Below are positions 51,951 through 64,000 of a stretch of DNA of 64,000 nucleotides, one piece after another (the first letter of the stretch is position 1; every line of letters starts with the position of its first letter). The notes under the pieces were generated by a model that saw nothing but the letters and a program-made list of their open reading frames with translations, was not told where the DNA came from and searched no databases. The position numbers were made by a program, and so were the translations under genes. The DNA comes from Octopus sinensis (taxonomy: Eukaryota). The stretch spans positions 81,220,001-81,284,000 of the forward strand of contig NC_043002.1 in assembly GCF_006345805.1 (NCBI RefSeq). Direction: 5' to 3'.

Positions 51951-52538
51951 CAGTGGCTACTGAGTGTTGTTGAACATCCCATCTCAGCAGCTATGGCACA
52001 AAAGACCATTTCAGCCGATGGATCTGAACCATTCTTAAGCGCATTTTTGATTATAATCGTTTGCATTTACCCATTAATGCAGACTTAAAGATGATATAAT
52101 CAAACAGTGATTAATAGCATGTCTTAATTCGATAGAGTAACAAAGTAACAATCAAATATTTTTCTAATATGTTCATCAATTAAATGAAGTTGCTTTTCTG
52201 TGGGTTTATTAATAATACTAATAAGAAATGAATTATGTTAATTAAAAATGTAATGCTTCAGCTTGCTTGATATGGAAGAGGGAAAAAATCTATTTATATT
52301 CATATATAATTTTAATCGTAAGTGATTAAATAAACGGAAATAATTAACGTTTAATCATCAGTACACACTTGCCTTTAAACTAAATGACGCCACTGTACAT
52401 ACGCGCACACATACGCAGACATATGTACACCTACACACACATACACACACATACACGCACATATAAACATGTGTGTGATTTTATCAAATATATATTCATG
52501 CTTAGGCATGTATGTAAATATGTATCTGTAGATATATA

Positions 52539-52669
<131 letters not shown>

Positions 52670-52849
52670 AAGATAGAGAGATAGAGAGATAGATAGATGC
52701 TACGAACAATCAGCTTTTGCTTACAATTTGATATATGACCGAGAAATATTAACGTTACAAGACAAATTGGGTTTAATCAAACTTAGATCAGAGGTGAAAT
52801 ACTTGCTCAATAGGTGTATACTTAAGAATAAATATACATTCATTCATCC

Positions 52850-52899
<50 letters not shown>

Positions 52900-52908
52900 C
52901 TATATATA

Positions 52909-52979
<71 letters not shown>

Positions 52980-53395
52980 GATAAATATATACACACACAA
53001 GCACCAATATGTGTGTGTTTGTATATATATATATATATATTAAGTTATATACTTTTTATATGGTGTAAACGACAGTGTATGCGGGTCGCTTGTATTGCAT
53101 AACCTTATATACACACCAGTATACAAGGGTATTACCTATACATTATAATTAATTACATAACACACATATACGGGTACGTACGCGAATGTTTGCGCTTGTG
53201 TCTGTACATCTGTGTCTTTTTATATATAATCACAGATATATATATATATATGTATATATGTGTGTGTGTGTGTGTGTTTGTGTGTATAAATATATATAAT
53301 GCCGTATCCATCAATACATCATTTTATACACACATGTACACACACATACACATATATACATATGAATATGTATATGTATATGTATATATATATAG

Positions 53396-53427
<32 letters not shown>

Positions 53428-53454
53428 ATATATATCTATATATATATGTGAGTG

Positions 53455-53493
<39 letters not shown>

Positions 53494-53779
53494 GTAGAGA
53501 GAGAAAGAGTTCTCTCACTAGCTCTCTTTCTGTTATAATATATATATATATATAACACCTTTTCCATCCATCCAACAATACATACGTGCATACATACATA
53601 CATACATACATACATACATACATACATACATACAGAAGTTTTAGTTTTTCGGAAGCAATTAGCTAGATTTGGCTAGAAAAGCAGAAGACATTAATTAGCT
53701 GTGGCACCCTGCAGCCAACAAATGGTATTAGCAAAATAGTCGCTGATGGTAGCCAGGAATTCTCATAGAGCCTAGCAAT

Positions 53780-54330
53780 TGTCGAGGGGTTCTAGTGGGT
53801 GGTAGTGGCGGTAGTGGTGGTAGTGCTGGTGGTGGTGGTGGTGGTGGTGGTGGCGGGGAGGTAGTGGCGGTCGGCGGCGGCGGCGGCGGCGGCGGCGGCA
53901 GTACTAGTAGCAGTAGCAGATTTGTTAGTGGTGGCGGTGCTGCTGCCGCCACTGCGCTATGTTTGGTGGTGATTGTCGTGACAGCTGTTATATTGATGGT
54001 GGTGGTGGTGGTGGTGGTGATGGTGGTTATGGTGGTGGTGGTGGTGGTGGTGATGGTAATGGTGGTGGTGGTGGTGGTAATGGTGGTGGTGGTGGTGGTA
54101 ATGGTGGTGGTAGTGGCGATGGTGGTGGTGGTGGTGTTGGTAATGGTGGTGGTGGTGGTGGTGGTAATGGTGGTGGTGGTGGTGGTGGTGTGGTGGTGGT
54201 GGTGGTTTTGGTGGAGGTGGCGATGGTAAATTTGTTGGTGATGGTACCGGCAGAGCTGCTGGTGATGGTGGTGGCCTCGGCAGTGATTGTCGTGGTAACA
54301 ACTCTAACATTTATGTAATATTGTTGTTGC

Positions 54331-54382
<52 letters not shown>

Positions 54383-54430
54383 GGTGGTGGTGGTGGTGGT
54401 GGTGGTGGTGGTGGTGGTGGTATTGTTTAT
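53780..54430. repeat. (GGT/GGC/GTT)n low-complexity region
   Basis: Directly visible. Confidence 0.95.
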
Positions 54431-54543
54431 GTAAAAGGGTAAATGTAGTTAGTGTTATGTCGTTTGTGTGTTTTGTTTTTGTAGCTTTAGCTGTTGCTGT
54501 GAAATGGAGAGGTGGAGAGTGCTGTAGGAAGAAATAGAAAAGA

Positions 54544-54587
<44 letters not shown>

Positions 54588-54955
54588 AGAGAGAAAGAGA
54601 GAGAAGGGCAGAGGGAGTGTGTGTGTTTGTGAGAGAGACGGATACAGAGAGACAGACAGAGGCAGAGAGAGAGAGAGATAAGTATTGCCTGAAATGACTA
54701 TATGAAAATAATCACAGCTGAAAGGGGCGTGCAAAAAGGTGTTAAGATTATGTTGCTGTACTTACACATAATCTTACACACATTTTCACACGCATACACA
54801 CAACCACGTACAGACACACGCGCGCACATACATACACCTACACATGCACACATGGGCACTAACATACAGGTGCACAGACTCAGATAGACACACGCGTATA
54901 GATACATATACATACAAAAGTGAATTTACACACACACACACACAAATATATGCAC

Positions 54956-54999
<44 letters not shown>

Positions 55000-55182
55000 A
55001 TTAAGGGTTTAGCAACGATTTGCCTCACCACACACCGAATTTAGAAATAGCAGTCAAAAAGTTTTGGCTATTCTTTCTACTTAAAAGGGAGATCCCAGTA
55101 AAACCAAAGCACTTAAAAAGCAAACGACGCAGGCAAAAGAGAAAGAAATGACGAAAATCATTCTATATTAAGTCACCTACGG

Positions 55183-55263
55183 ACGTACGTTTCGGAATTA
55201 AGTCATTGCAGAGCATAAAAATTAAATAATTATATCTTACCTGACTATTTTCCTCCTCAGCGT
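55183..55263 (-). ncRNA. Minimal type I hammerhead ribozyme motif, core intact
   Basis: ACG-CTGAGGA-GGAA...TTCC-GAAAC-GTA-CGT: 3-bp stem I, 4-bp stem II extended by AGTCA/TGACT, palindromic ACGT stem III, GUA triplet. Confidence 0.6.
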
Positions 55264-55414
55264 AGATATATATATATATATATTTACACACATATGTGTC
55301 TGTATATATGTATTTATATATTTATAAATACATACGTAAATACGTACGTGTACATATGTCTATATGCATGCACATATATTTATATATACATATATATATA
55401 AAACTATTATAAAA

Positions 55415-55690
55415 CTTAGATACGTTTTGACCAAAGATTGGTCAAGACCATGTCTAACCTGATAGGATTATCTAAATCCCGTTTAAGTCAAGTTTTGTTT
55501 ATGGTCTATTCAAGTAGCGAGTTCTTGTTGAGTGAGTTGTATCCAGGTATAGGTAGCTTATCCGCTATTCTTTGAAGAAATCTGTCCAGACTCCGTTTAA
55601 AGGTGATGGGATCCTATTCCTCTCTGATTTCTTTCGGGACAATGTTAAACAGGGCAGGGCCTACTCGCGTAAGTCGTCTAAGAGATCATA
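55415..55690 (-). mobile_element. CR1-type LINE 3' fragment related to the 43935-47100 element
   Basis: GPALFNIVPKEIREE*DPITFKRSLDRFLQRIADKLPIPGYNSLNKNSLLE, plus the 3' stem-loop. Confidence 0.82.
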
Positions 55691-55772
55691 AGCCAGGGAA
55701 GAGATGCACTCGTATATCTGTCAATAGAGCGGGTATATTATCCGAAATGTACAGTATTATATATATCCATCA

Positions 55773-55848
55773 CGGCTGATCTTACCAATCGGTTTCGTGC
55801 AAGGAATACAACCCGAGTATATAACCTTACGCTCATCAGAGTTAGCCG
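55773..55848 (-). ncRNA. Type I hammerhead ribozyme motif, core intact, extended stems
   Basis: CGGCTAACT-CTGATGA-GCGTAAGG...CCTTGCAC-GAAA-CC-GATT-GG-TA-AGATCAGCCG: all conserved core nucleotides, G10.1-C11.1 pair, GUA triplet. Confidence 0.75.
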
Positions 55849-56104
55849 ATATGGAAAGGAATATGTACTTATATAAACAGGTATATACGTATGTATGTAT
55901 GTATGTATGTATGTATGTATGTATGTATGTATGTATGTATGTATGTATGTATGTATGTATGTATGTATGTATGTATGTTTGCATGTATGTATATATGCAA
56001 GCATATCATTGTTCAGTTTTATTTCAATATTCCTTGCCAATGGAGAAAGAGCTGGTTTCTAACCTAGATTCAAGGCAACTTCATTGGAATTTCAACATCA
56101 ACAA

Positions 56105-56500
56105 CAGGTTATTCTTGTTTGTATGTATGCGCAGATTTGTATGTTTTGCTTTATGTATGTATTCTCATGCATATAGTTTCATATCTAGTCATGCTCATAT
56201 ATATTTATTTCCGGAAAGTTTTACAGATTATTACAATTCCAGTTATAAATTCGAACTGTAGTCTTCGAATTAGCTTTCTTCTTTCTGGTTTTTATGTATG
56301 CATGTATGTATGTACGTACGTATGTATACGTGCAAATTTGTATGTTTTGTTTTATATATGTCTTCTCATGTATATACATGCTCATATGTACTTAAATGAT
56401 AAACTTCTGGAAAGGTTTACAGCTTTTTACAGTTCCAGTAATGGATTGGATCTGTAGACTTTGAATCAGCTTTCTCCTTTCTGACGTGTGCATATATGTA
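56105..56500. repeat. Old ~200-bp tandem duplication
   Basis: TTTGTATGTTTTG...GGAAAG(T/G)TTTACAG...CAG(T)TCCAG...CTGTAG(T/A)CTT occurs twice, diverged. Confidence 0.75.
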
Positions 56501-56589
56501 TACCCTTCACGTTTCTTTTCTATCTATTATTATTCTTTCAAAAGCTTCAACACGAAAACTTAGATAACAAGAACGACCATTTTTACATT

Positions 56590-56835
56590 TAAGGAAGTTC
56601 TGCAAATTCTTACTGTCCCACTTACAGTTCGTGTTACTTAGTGTCTTTGCTTGATAACCTTGGTTTTTCGAGAGTTTTGCTTAGACATTTAGTCACATAA
56701 CAAAGCCCGGCAATGATTATTGGTATGAATGTGAAATTATAATCAGGAGACTGGAGCTGAAGGTTTCGAAGTAGTCGTCCACAAATGGTCTTTCTCTTGC
56801 GGATTTTGGAAGAGATGTTTGCATCTGCAGGGTAA
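56590..56835 (-). mobile_element. R4/RLE-type non-LTR retrotransposon C-terminal fragment
   Basis: ADANISSKIRKRKTICGRLLRNLQLQSPDYNFTFIPIIIAGLCYVTKCLSKTLEK resembles the end of a restriction-like endonuclease domain (PIIxGxLG). Confidence 0.55.
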
Positions 56836-57327
56836 CCCTTATGACTGTACGTGGCCTTTCTTTTGTCTCATATGTATTTATACGTATGTGTATGTTTGTG
56901 TATATATATATGTGCGAGTGTGTGTTTGTGTGTTTGTGTGTGTGTGTGTGTGTGTGTAATTACAGTGATTTCCGTTAGGAACGTATTAGAGTACAAAATA
57001 GAGCTTTTTCACCCTTAGAATTACAATATAGCCGGTAATATTCGAAGTCTAGGCTTAGGTATTCATCCTGTGTGAAAATTAAAATTGAATAAATAGAGTC
57101 AACAGAAAGTAGTACGTTTAGACAGATATTTGATTAACACTACACGTAGATCCACACACACAGGATTGAAATTAAGCAGAGGTTTACCTGCATAATGGGA
57201 TCCAGTTGTATCTCCTCAGGTGATATATAATCGTAGTCCCTGTAAGTAAATCTTTGACCTTGATGCCAACACATCCAACTGACTCTTATAGATATATTGA
57301 TAGAAATGGCAAGACTTTCGATGGCCC

Positions 57328-57387
57328 GATAACTGAAGAGATGCCGGCGTGGTTTCCGTCCCGATATCCGAAACTCGGAGTTTTATC
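57328..57387 (+). ncRNA. Type I hammerhead ribozyme motif, core intact
   Basis: GATAA-CTGAAGA-GATG...TATCC-GAAA-CT-CGG-AG-TT-TTATC: perfect 5-bp stem I, 3-bp stem III, GUU triplet; stem II needs a bulge next to G10.1-C11.1. Confidence 0.68.
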
Positions 57388-57421
57388 ATGTATGTATGTA
57401 TGTATGTATGTATGTATGTAT

Positions 57422-57970
57422 GCTTGCGTCTCTCCTGACACATGGGAAGGCATAGCTATTGATCGCAGCAGGTGGAGAAGGATCGTGCATGAGGGGACAG
57501 CCACGTTTGAGAAATTTCGAGCTGCACATGAAAAAGTAAGGAGGGATGTCAGGAAGGGCATCGCTGTTACACTTCCAGAAGGGAAGGGTCTTCCTTAGAT
57601 TCTGACATGCAATATCTGTGCAAGACCCTGCCTCAGTAAAGCTGGACTCATGAGTCATCTTCGTAGTCATAAAACGAGACAGATGAGTGACAACCTGGCC
57701 ACTCCTGGTGGTGTAACACGCCATATTAATCATATCTGTCGGGCATGTGGAAGAGAGTGTAATTCGGCAGGAGGACTTAAACGACATGCAAAGGTACATG
57801 AAGCCCAGTTACAAACTACAGCCGACTATTGCCAGTAAAGGTTTTAGTTGCCAAGTTTGTACAAGACATTGTAGATCTTTAGCTGGGCTAAAAAGTCACA
57901 TTCGATCACAGCACCAGTAACAGTTAAGCTTCGTGCAATGGCCATACTCGATAACGAGGGGACAGCCATA
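57422..57970 (+). mobile_element. RTE-clade LINE 3' end encoding three C2H2 fingers (copy 2)
   Basis: DTWEGIAIDRSRWRRIVHEG, then CNICARPCLSKAGLMSHLRSH, CRACGRECNSAGGLKRHAKVH, CQVCTRHCRSLAGLKSHIRSQH. Confidence 0.85.
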
Positions 57971-58019
57971 ACATAATGTATGTATGTATGCATATATGTA
58001 TGCATATATACATAGAGAT

Positions 58020-58100
<81 letters not shown>

Positions 58101-58179
58101 TAAACCTTCTCCACAACGGTATACGAAATTCAGCATTCAGTCGCACCGTCTCGTATCCCCGATTCTCTTCAAGACATGA

Positions 58180-58300
58180 CGAACTCAGTGAATAGTGTCA
58201 TACCAGTTGGCTTTAAATGATCCTCGATCTCACGTGGAAGGACAAGCAGACTCGTTTCGAAATCCCCCTGAAGGCTGGGACCTACAGTGTTTAAGCCTGC
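58180..58300 (+). mobile_element. Decayed RTE fragment
   Basis: ILDLTWKDKQTRFEIPLKAGTYSV resembles the RTE ILxxxWxDKxxNxEIL motif. Confidence 0.45.
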
Positions 58301-59199
58301 ATCCTTTGTTGTCTCCTCCGCTGGGTTGGCCGTGCAACCCGGATACCAGGTAACTAACTGACTCCCAAATATGGTCCTCTTCGTTGAGATCGAGACTGGA
58401 GGTAGGCCTCATGGACATACAAAATAAGCAAAAGCTAAAAAATATATTTAGCAAGTAAAACTGCTATAACGTGCGGGTAATATTGACCAATAATCAAAAC
58501 ATGTTTCTGATATAAATGTACAGGGTGTTCGAGAAGTCTCTCCGCAGTAAGTATTTTATTGCAAAATAAATATCTATAAGATGGTATAAGACTACAAAAG
58601 AATATACGTTCTTCAACGGTTAGGATGTCGACACGCTGAAGGGTACTCAATAACTGAGGGACAATGGCTGACACCCGGCCGCCCACGCAGTGATAGTCAA
58701 GTTGAGTATGCGCAGGGTGAAAGAAATTCACTGTATAACAATCACATGCCGCTTCAAGCACTCATTGTTTTGATTATTCTGTTTTTGCGCTCAGATAAGA
58801 TAGGATATTGCTGAAATCAAGCCACAAAAACATTAACAACCCTCAAACACAAATTATACAGGTATTTTCCTTCACATTCCCCAAATAACAAAATCCATGT
58901 GTCTCAAGGTCTCCAAGTCGCTTAATCGTCGTTGCCTTACAGCAGTGATTCTTTACTATCTTTATTTATTTATGGACCCCTTTGATTCCTGTTTTACTCA
59001 GACGAGCACTTTTAATTCATGTTTTACTCAGATGGACCCTCATAACCATTGTATCTTCACCCTATTATATATTCAAAATTATTTGGAATTGTATAAACAT
59101 TTAAAAAATATTTTGTGTATTGTAGAAGTATAAACAATTTATTGTAGATGAATTTTAACAACAAACATTTTATTCGGACCCCCAAGAGTCATAAACAAC

Positions 59200-59935
59200 C
59201 CGATTGAAAACCACTGTCCGATAACTATTCAGACGAAACGCAAGGCCTTCAACGTCTGGAGAATCTCATACGTACCCCCAAATTGGGTTGCTTTCACCCA
59301 AATGTGGAAATTCTTAAAAAAATTATTCAGGGTATAGGTATATATATATAATGTCCTCATGCATCACACTACCTCCAAACTTTCTCTCACTCCCAAACTA
59401 CAGCCCATGCTTCTGGTCTTTTGCCAAAATGTTCGCCACTTGAAGATGTCTCCATAAGTAGTCCCCGCTACCCAAAAAGACAGTCTCCACTTCATTGCCC
59501 GCTTTGCATTCAACACCACACAGCACATCCTTGATCAATCCCTTTCAAATCTACCCCCTTCTATTTCACAAGATTCACCAGCCCACATACACATACACCA
59601 AATACTGAAGTATCACCGGTTGCTTCGAACAAACAAGGCTAACGGCCCTGACAATTGCATTTAATCAAAGCACCAATTGCATAAAATCAATGCACCCCGA
59701 ACTTACTCTTATGCTCACCAAGCTCTTTAATCTTTCATTCTCAACTGAGAATATCCTAGCACGCAGAAACATCTACATCCTAGCATCCAGAAACGTTTCA
59801 GTGTGTTCAATTCCAAAGAAAGGTAATCCCGCTGACCCAAGCAACTATTGCCCCATTGCCCGGATTTCTAACATTTCCAAGGTAATGGAAACAGGCATCA
59901 ACAATGGTATTTTTCATTATCTTGAATCTCTTTCA
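59200..59935 (+). mobile_element. Decayed L2/CR1-like LINE fragment (pre-RT and RT N-terminus)
   Basis: LRTNKANGPD; PELTLMLTKLFNLSFS; PKKGNPADPSNYCPIARISNISKVMETGIN. Confidence 0.7.
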
Positions 59936-60820
59936 ACACCCCACCCTCTCTCATTCTATTTTTCCATCTTTTCAGTGGACACCAATACGTTTTCTGCAGA
60001 GCTAGATACACTGAATACCTATTTTTTAAATCAGTGAACATACTTCTTCTGTTATTTCATCAGTGAGCTATCGCTTTACAGAAGTTCAGCGCAAGCCACG
60101 TTGTTACTCTGAACATCAGCAAATCGAACATGTCCAGCACGCAAACCTGTCATGCAACTTTCCACCTACGAGTTCCACCCATCTCTCATAAATAAATCAT
60201 AAACACATGTGTGTGAGTGTGTGTGTATGTGTGTACCTGTGTGTGTATGTGTGTATGTTTGTGTGTGTGCGCGCGCGCACATTTTATGTGTCTGTATGCG
60301 TGCAAGTATATGAAGGTTGCTCTGTAATTAACTATGTACTAAGTGGACAACAGAGAGTTTTAGAAGATTGTGAAACGGGTATCTGAGTGCGATAAAAACA
60401 AATGGTGGCAAGTGACCAGTCACGTGGTTCACCATTTCTTTAAACATCTGCATGAAGATCAATGATACCGACCTACTTGACTGGAAGAAACCATGATATA
60501 GTTTAATCCCATAATTACATACACATCCATCTACCACGTTGTACATACACAAGAATAGTACATTGGGAACTTAAGCGTTCACTTAAAACAAACTGCAACA
60601 GATCTACTCCATATTTTTATCAATAAAAGCACATACATCTATCTGTTCATCTATCCATCTATCCATCTATGTATGTATAAATCTATTTATCTGTCTATTT
60701 CTATGTGTATGTGTGTGTATACATATTTTGGTATGTATGTATGTATATATCTATGTGTCTACATTCATATCTATCAATATATCTCATCTTTTATCTACTC
60801 TAATCTAGTCTATAATATAT

Positions 60821-60872
<52 letters not shown>

Positions 60873-60875
<3 letters not shown>

Positions 60876-62731
60876 AGATAAATAAAAATATATGCATACA
60901 TACAAACATATATGTACGTACCTACATCTACATGTATATATACATGCATATATAAATAATTATACGGAAGTACAGGACATCACAATAAGACGTAGAAACA
61001 GAAAAAAACAAACAAGAAAACGGAAAACGAAAACCAAATACAGGACAGGTTACACAAGGACAAAACCCCCGTCATCAGCTGTCGCTAGAGGAGTCAGGCA
61101 TGTTTCGAAGGCATAACAGAACACTAATCCAATAGGCCTTCCTGCGAGAGAATTAAAATAAAATTTCAAGCAGCGGGGCACAATGAGTACGAACACAAAC
61201 AAGACGTAACAATAAGACTGCAAAATTAAAATACATGTACAAAAACAAACAAAACAACACAGAGGACGAACGAAAAAGCCTTTTTTCTGGCATAGACAAC
61301 AATAAAACTGCAAAAATAAAAATACATGTACAAAAAGTACAATTAGTTACAAAACGAGAAAATAACAAGAATACTATACAGGAAATTAACCACACAAGGG
61401 GACGAACGAAGAAGCCTTTTTGCTGGCAAGGACGAAAGTGTAGTAGCAGCGCGTGGAGGCAGTCTTTTCAATAGTGGTAACCACGTGTAAAGGAATTTTG
61501 TTTTATAGGCAGGGAAGAGGGAAGGAGGAGGGGGACACGCGGCGAAGAGAGAGGAGGAGGGGGAGGGAGAAAGATTGAAGAGGTTAAAGCAAGGAGAGAG
61601 TACCGCATCTTCATATAATAATATTAATATAAAAAAAGGGGACCAAGAAGTGGATCGAAACGACGAATCGGAACGAACTGATGCGGGGCGCTGTCAGACA
61701 ATAAGGAGATAAAAAAAATATATGCATACATACAAACATATATGTACGTACCTACATCTACATGTATATATACATGCATATATAAATAATTATACGGAAG
61801 TACAGGACATCACAATAAGACGTAGAAACAGAAAAAAACAAACACGAAAACGGAAAACGAAAACCAAATACAGGACAGGTTACACAAGGACAAAACCCCT
61901 CATCAGCTGTCGCTAGAGGAGTCGGCATGTTTCGAAGGCATAACAGAACACTAATCCAATAGCCTTCCTGCGAGAGAATTAAAATAAAATTTCAAGCAGC
62001 GGGGCACAATGAGTACGAACACAAACAAGACGTAACAATAAGACTGCAAAATTAAAATACATGTACAAAAACAAACACAAGAGGACGAACGAAAAAGCCT
62101 TTTTTCTGGCATAGACAAACAAAATAAAACTGCAAAAATAAAAATACATGTACAAAAAGTACAATTAGTTACAAAACGAGAAAATAACAAGAATACTATA
62201 CAGGAAATTAACCACACAAGGGGACGAACGAAGAAGCCTTTTTGCTGGCAAGGACGAAAGTGTAGTAGCAGCGCGTGGAGGCAGTCTTTTCAATAGTGGT
62301 AACCACGTGTAAAGGAATTTTGTTTTATAGGCAAGGAAGAGGGAAGGAGGAGGGGGACACGCGGCGAAGAGAGAGGAGGAGGGGGTGGAGAAAGATTGAA
62401 GAGGTTAAAGCAAAGGGAGAGAGAGTACCGCATCTTCAATATAATAATATTAATATAAAAAAAGGGGACCAAGAAGTGGATCGAAACGACGAATCGGAAC
62501 GAACCTGATGCGGGGCGCTGTCAGACAATAAGGAGATAAATAAAAATATATGCATACATACAAACATATATGTACGTACCTACATCTACATGTATATATA
62601 CATGCATATATAAATAATATACGGAAGTACAGGACATCACAATAAGACGTAGAAACAGAAAAAAACAACAAAACAAACGGAAAACGAAAACCAAATACAG
62701 GACAGGTTACACAAGGACAAAACCCCCGTCA
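60873..62731. repeat. Tandem array of an ~830-bp unit, 2.25 copies
   Basis: Units start at AGGAGATAA at 60873, 61704 and 62531; the third ends at AACCCCCGTCAT; both ends abut (TA)n. Confidence 0.95.
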
Positions 62732-62835
62732 TATATAATATATATATTATATATATATAATATATATATATAATATATATCTGTCTCTCTATACATACAT
62801 ACATAACATACATACATACTACATACATACATACA

Positions 62836-62871
<36 letters not shown>

Positions 62872-62939
62872 TATATTATATATATATATATATATTATAG
62901 TGTAGATGTATATATATATATATATATATATATACTATA

Positions 62940-62972
<33 letters not shown>

Positions 62973-63185
62973 GTGTAGATGTATGCATCTATGCTTGTGT
63001 ATTTAGGGGGAATTTTGACTCATATACACTTATATGTCATTATGTCATTAACTCAGTGTGCATTCAACAAAAAACAGTATAGCAACCATTTTGGAAAATC
63101 TGTAGTTTTATTATTCCTGCGTGGTGTAGTGCGTGTATATAGGCATACAAATATACACTTAGATGCGTAATATATATTATATTAT

Positions 63186-63244
<59 letters not shown>

Positions 63245-63249
63245 ATGTA

Positions 63250-63400
63250 GGTCCCGGTTGAACCGGGGTTAACCACAGTAAGTAAGGTACTCAATACATA
63301 GCAGAGTAAAATTAATTTATTATATAGAAGGAGCTTCTACAGGACTAGTACTGTTTCATTCAAGAGAAATCTTCAGGAGCTATTTAACAAGAGTTGTATT
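63250..63400 (-). mobile_element. Penelope-like remnant with degenerate hammerhead motif (63329-63380)
   Basis: CTGAAGA-TTTC-TCTT-GAAT-GAAAC-AGTACTA-GTC; the core is present but stem I does not pair in register. Confidence 0.4.
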
Positions 63401-63558
63401 AGCATTTATACATTTAGGCAGGTTTAAAGAGTGGTGGTGGGGGACTTTTTGGGGGTAGGCATAGCGCAAAATATCATACTTGGGGGAGTGGTCAAGGAGT
63501 CAGTGGTAAGTTAGATGAAAGAATAGATAAATAAAAAAATAAAATAAAAAATAAAAAT

Positions 63559-63589
<31 letters not shown>

Positions 63590-63721
63590 TAAAAAAATAA
63601 AAATAAAAAATAAAAAAATAAAAAAATAAAAAATAAAATGTGTGCACATACATACATAAACACATATACATACACACACACATACGTACACATGTGTGCC
63701 TATACATACCTACACATACAC

Positions 63722-63774
<53 letters not shown>

Positions 63775-64000
63775 ATATATATACACAATCAAATACAGCC
63801 CATTCCCTAATTTTAATTTTATTATCTTCATTTATTACTTTTGTTATCTTTGATCGCTAGGGCTAAGGATCCTGGCGATGGCAGCATGTCCAATGTCTGT
63901 CTACTAGAAGGCAAGTACTCGTTCCCGCACGCACACTCATTAGCACGTACATACACCCATTCGTACACTCATACACATACACGTACGCACGCGTTTATTC

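Noticed and set aside
52700-52795. Candidate plus-strand exon [27 protein letters not shown]
   Set aside because: No polypyrimidine tract, a weak donor and no recognisable homology.
56745-56830. Plus-strand exon or kinase-like LADFG
   Set aside because: It is better explained by the RLE-type LINE frame on the minus strand.
58521-58733. Tc1/mariner-like MITE (TA-CAGGGTG...CACTG-TA)
   Set aside because: The terminal complementarity extends only a few bases.
61060-61110. Type II hammerhead from GAAAC...CTGATGA on the minus strand
   Set aside because: Stem III lacks the G-U-H register and stem I is only about 2 bp.

Overview
This is a 64-kb AT-rich, repeat-saturated eukaryotic window. The SINE families, microsatellite load and LINE set look like a coleoid cephalopod, most likely Octopus (inferred from recognised repeat motifs; no search was run). 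No host protein-coding gene can be called with confidence, and almost all ORF-track entries are microsatellite translations. The real coding remnants are transposon-derived: two tail-to-tail CR1-type LINEs (42.2-47.1 kb, one with endonuclease plus reverse transcriptase), several RTE LINEs, three Tc1 elements, mariner derivatives, a hAT transposase remnant, a probable piggyBac C-terminus and an R4/RLE-type 3' fragment. There are more than 15 tRNA-derived SINE copies, a 13-bp satellite with a 198-bp higher-order repeat, an ~830-bp tandem array and a 100-N gap. The most interesting observation is a set of type I hammerhead-ribozyme motifs in short Penelope-like remnants. Three retain the full catalytic core (55183-55263 minus, 55773-55848 minus, 57328-57387 plus), and several others are decayed. 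Also notable are an RTE lineage with three C-terminal C2H2 fingers and a covarying 3' stem-loop shared by three CR1 lineages and the dominant SINE. All coordinates were read by eye and may be off by a few bases.
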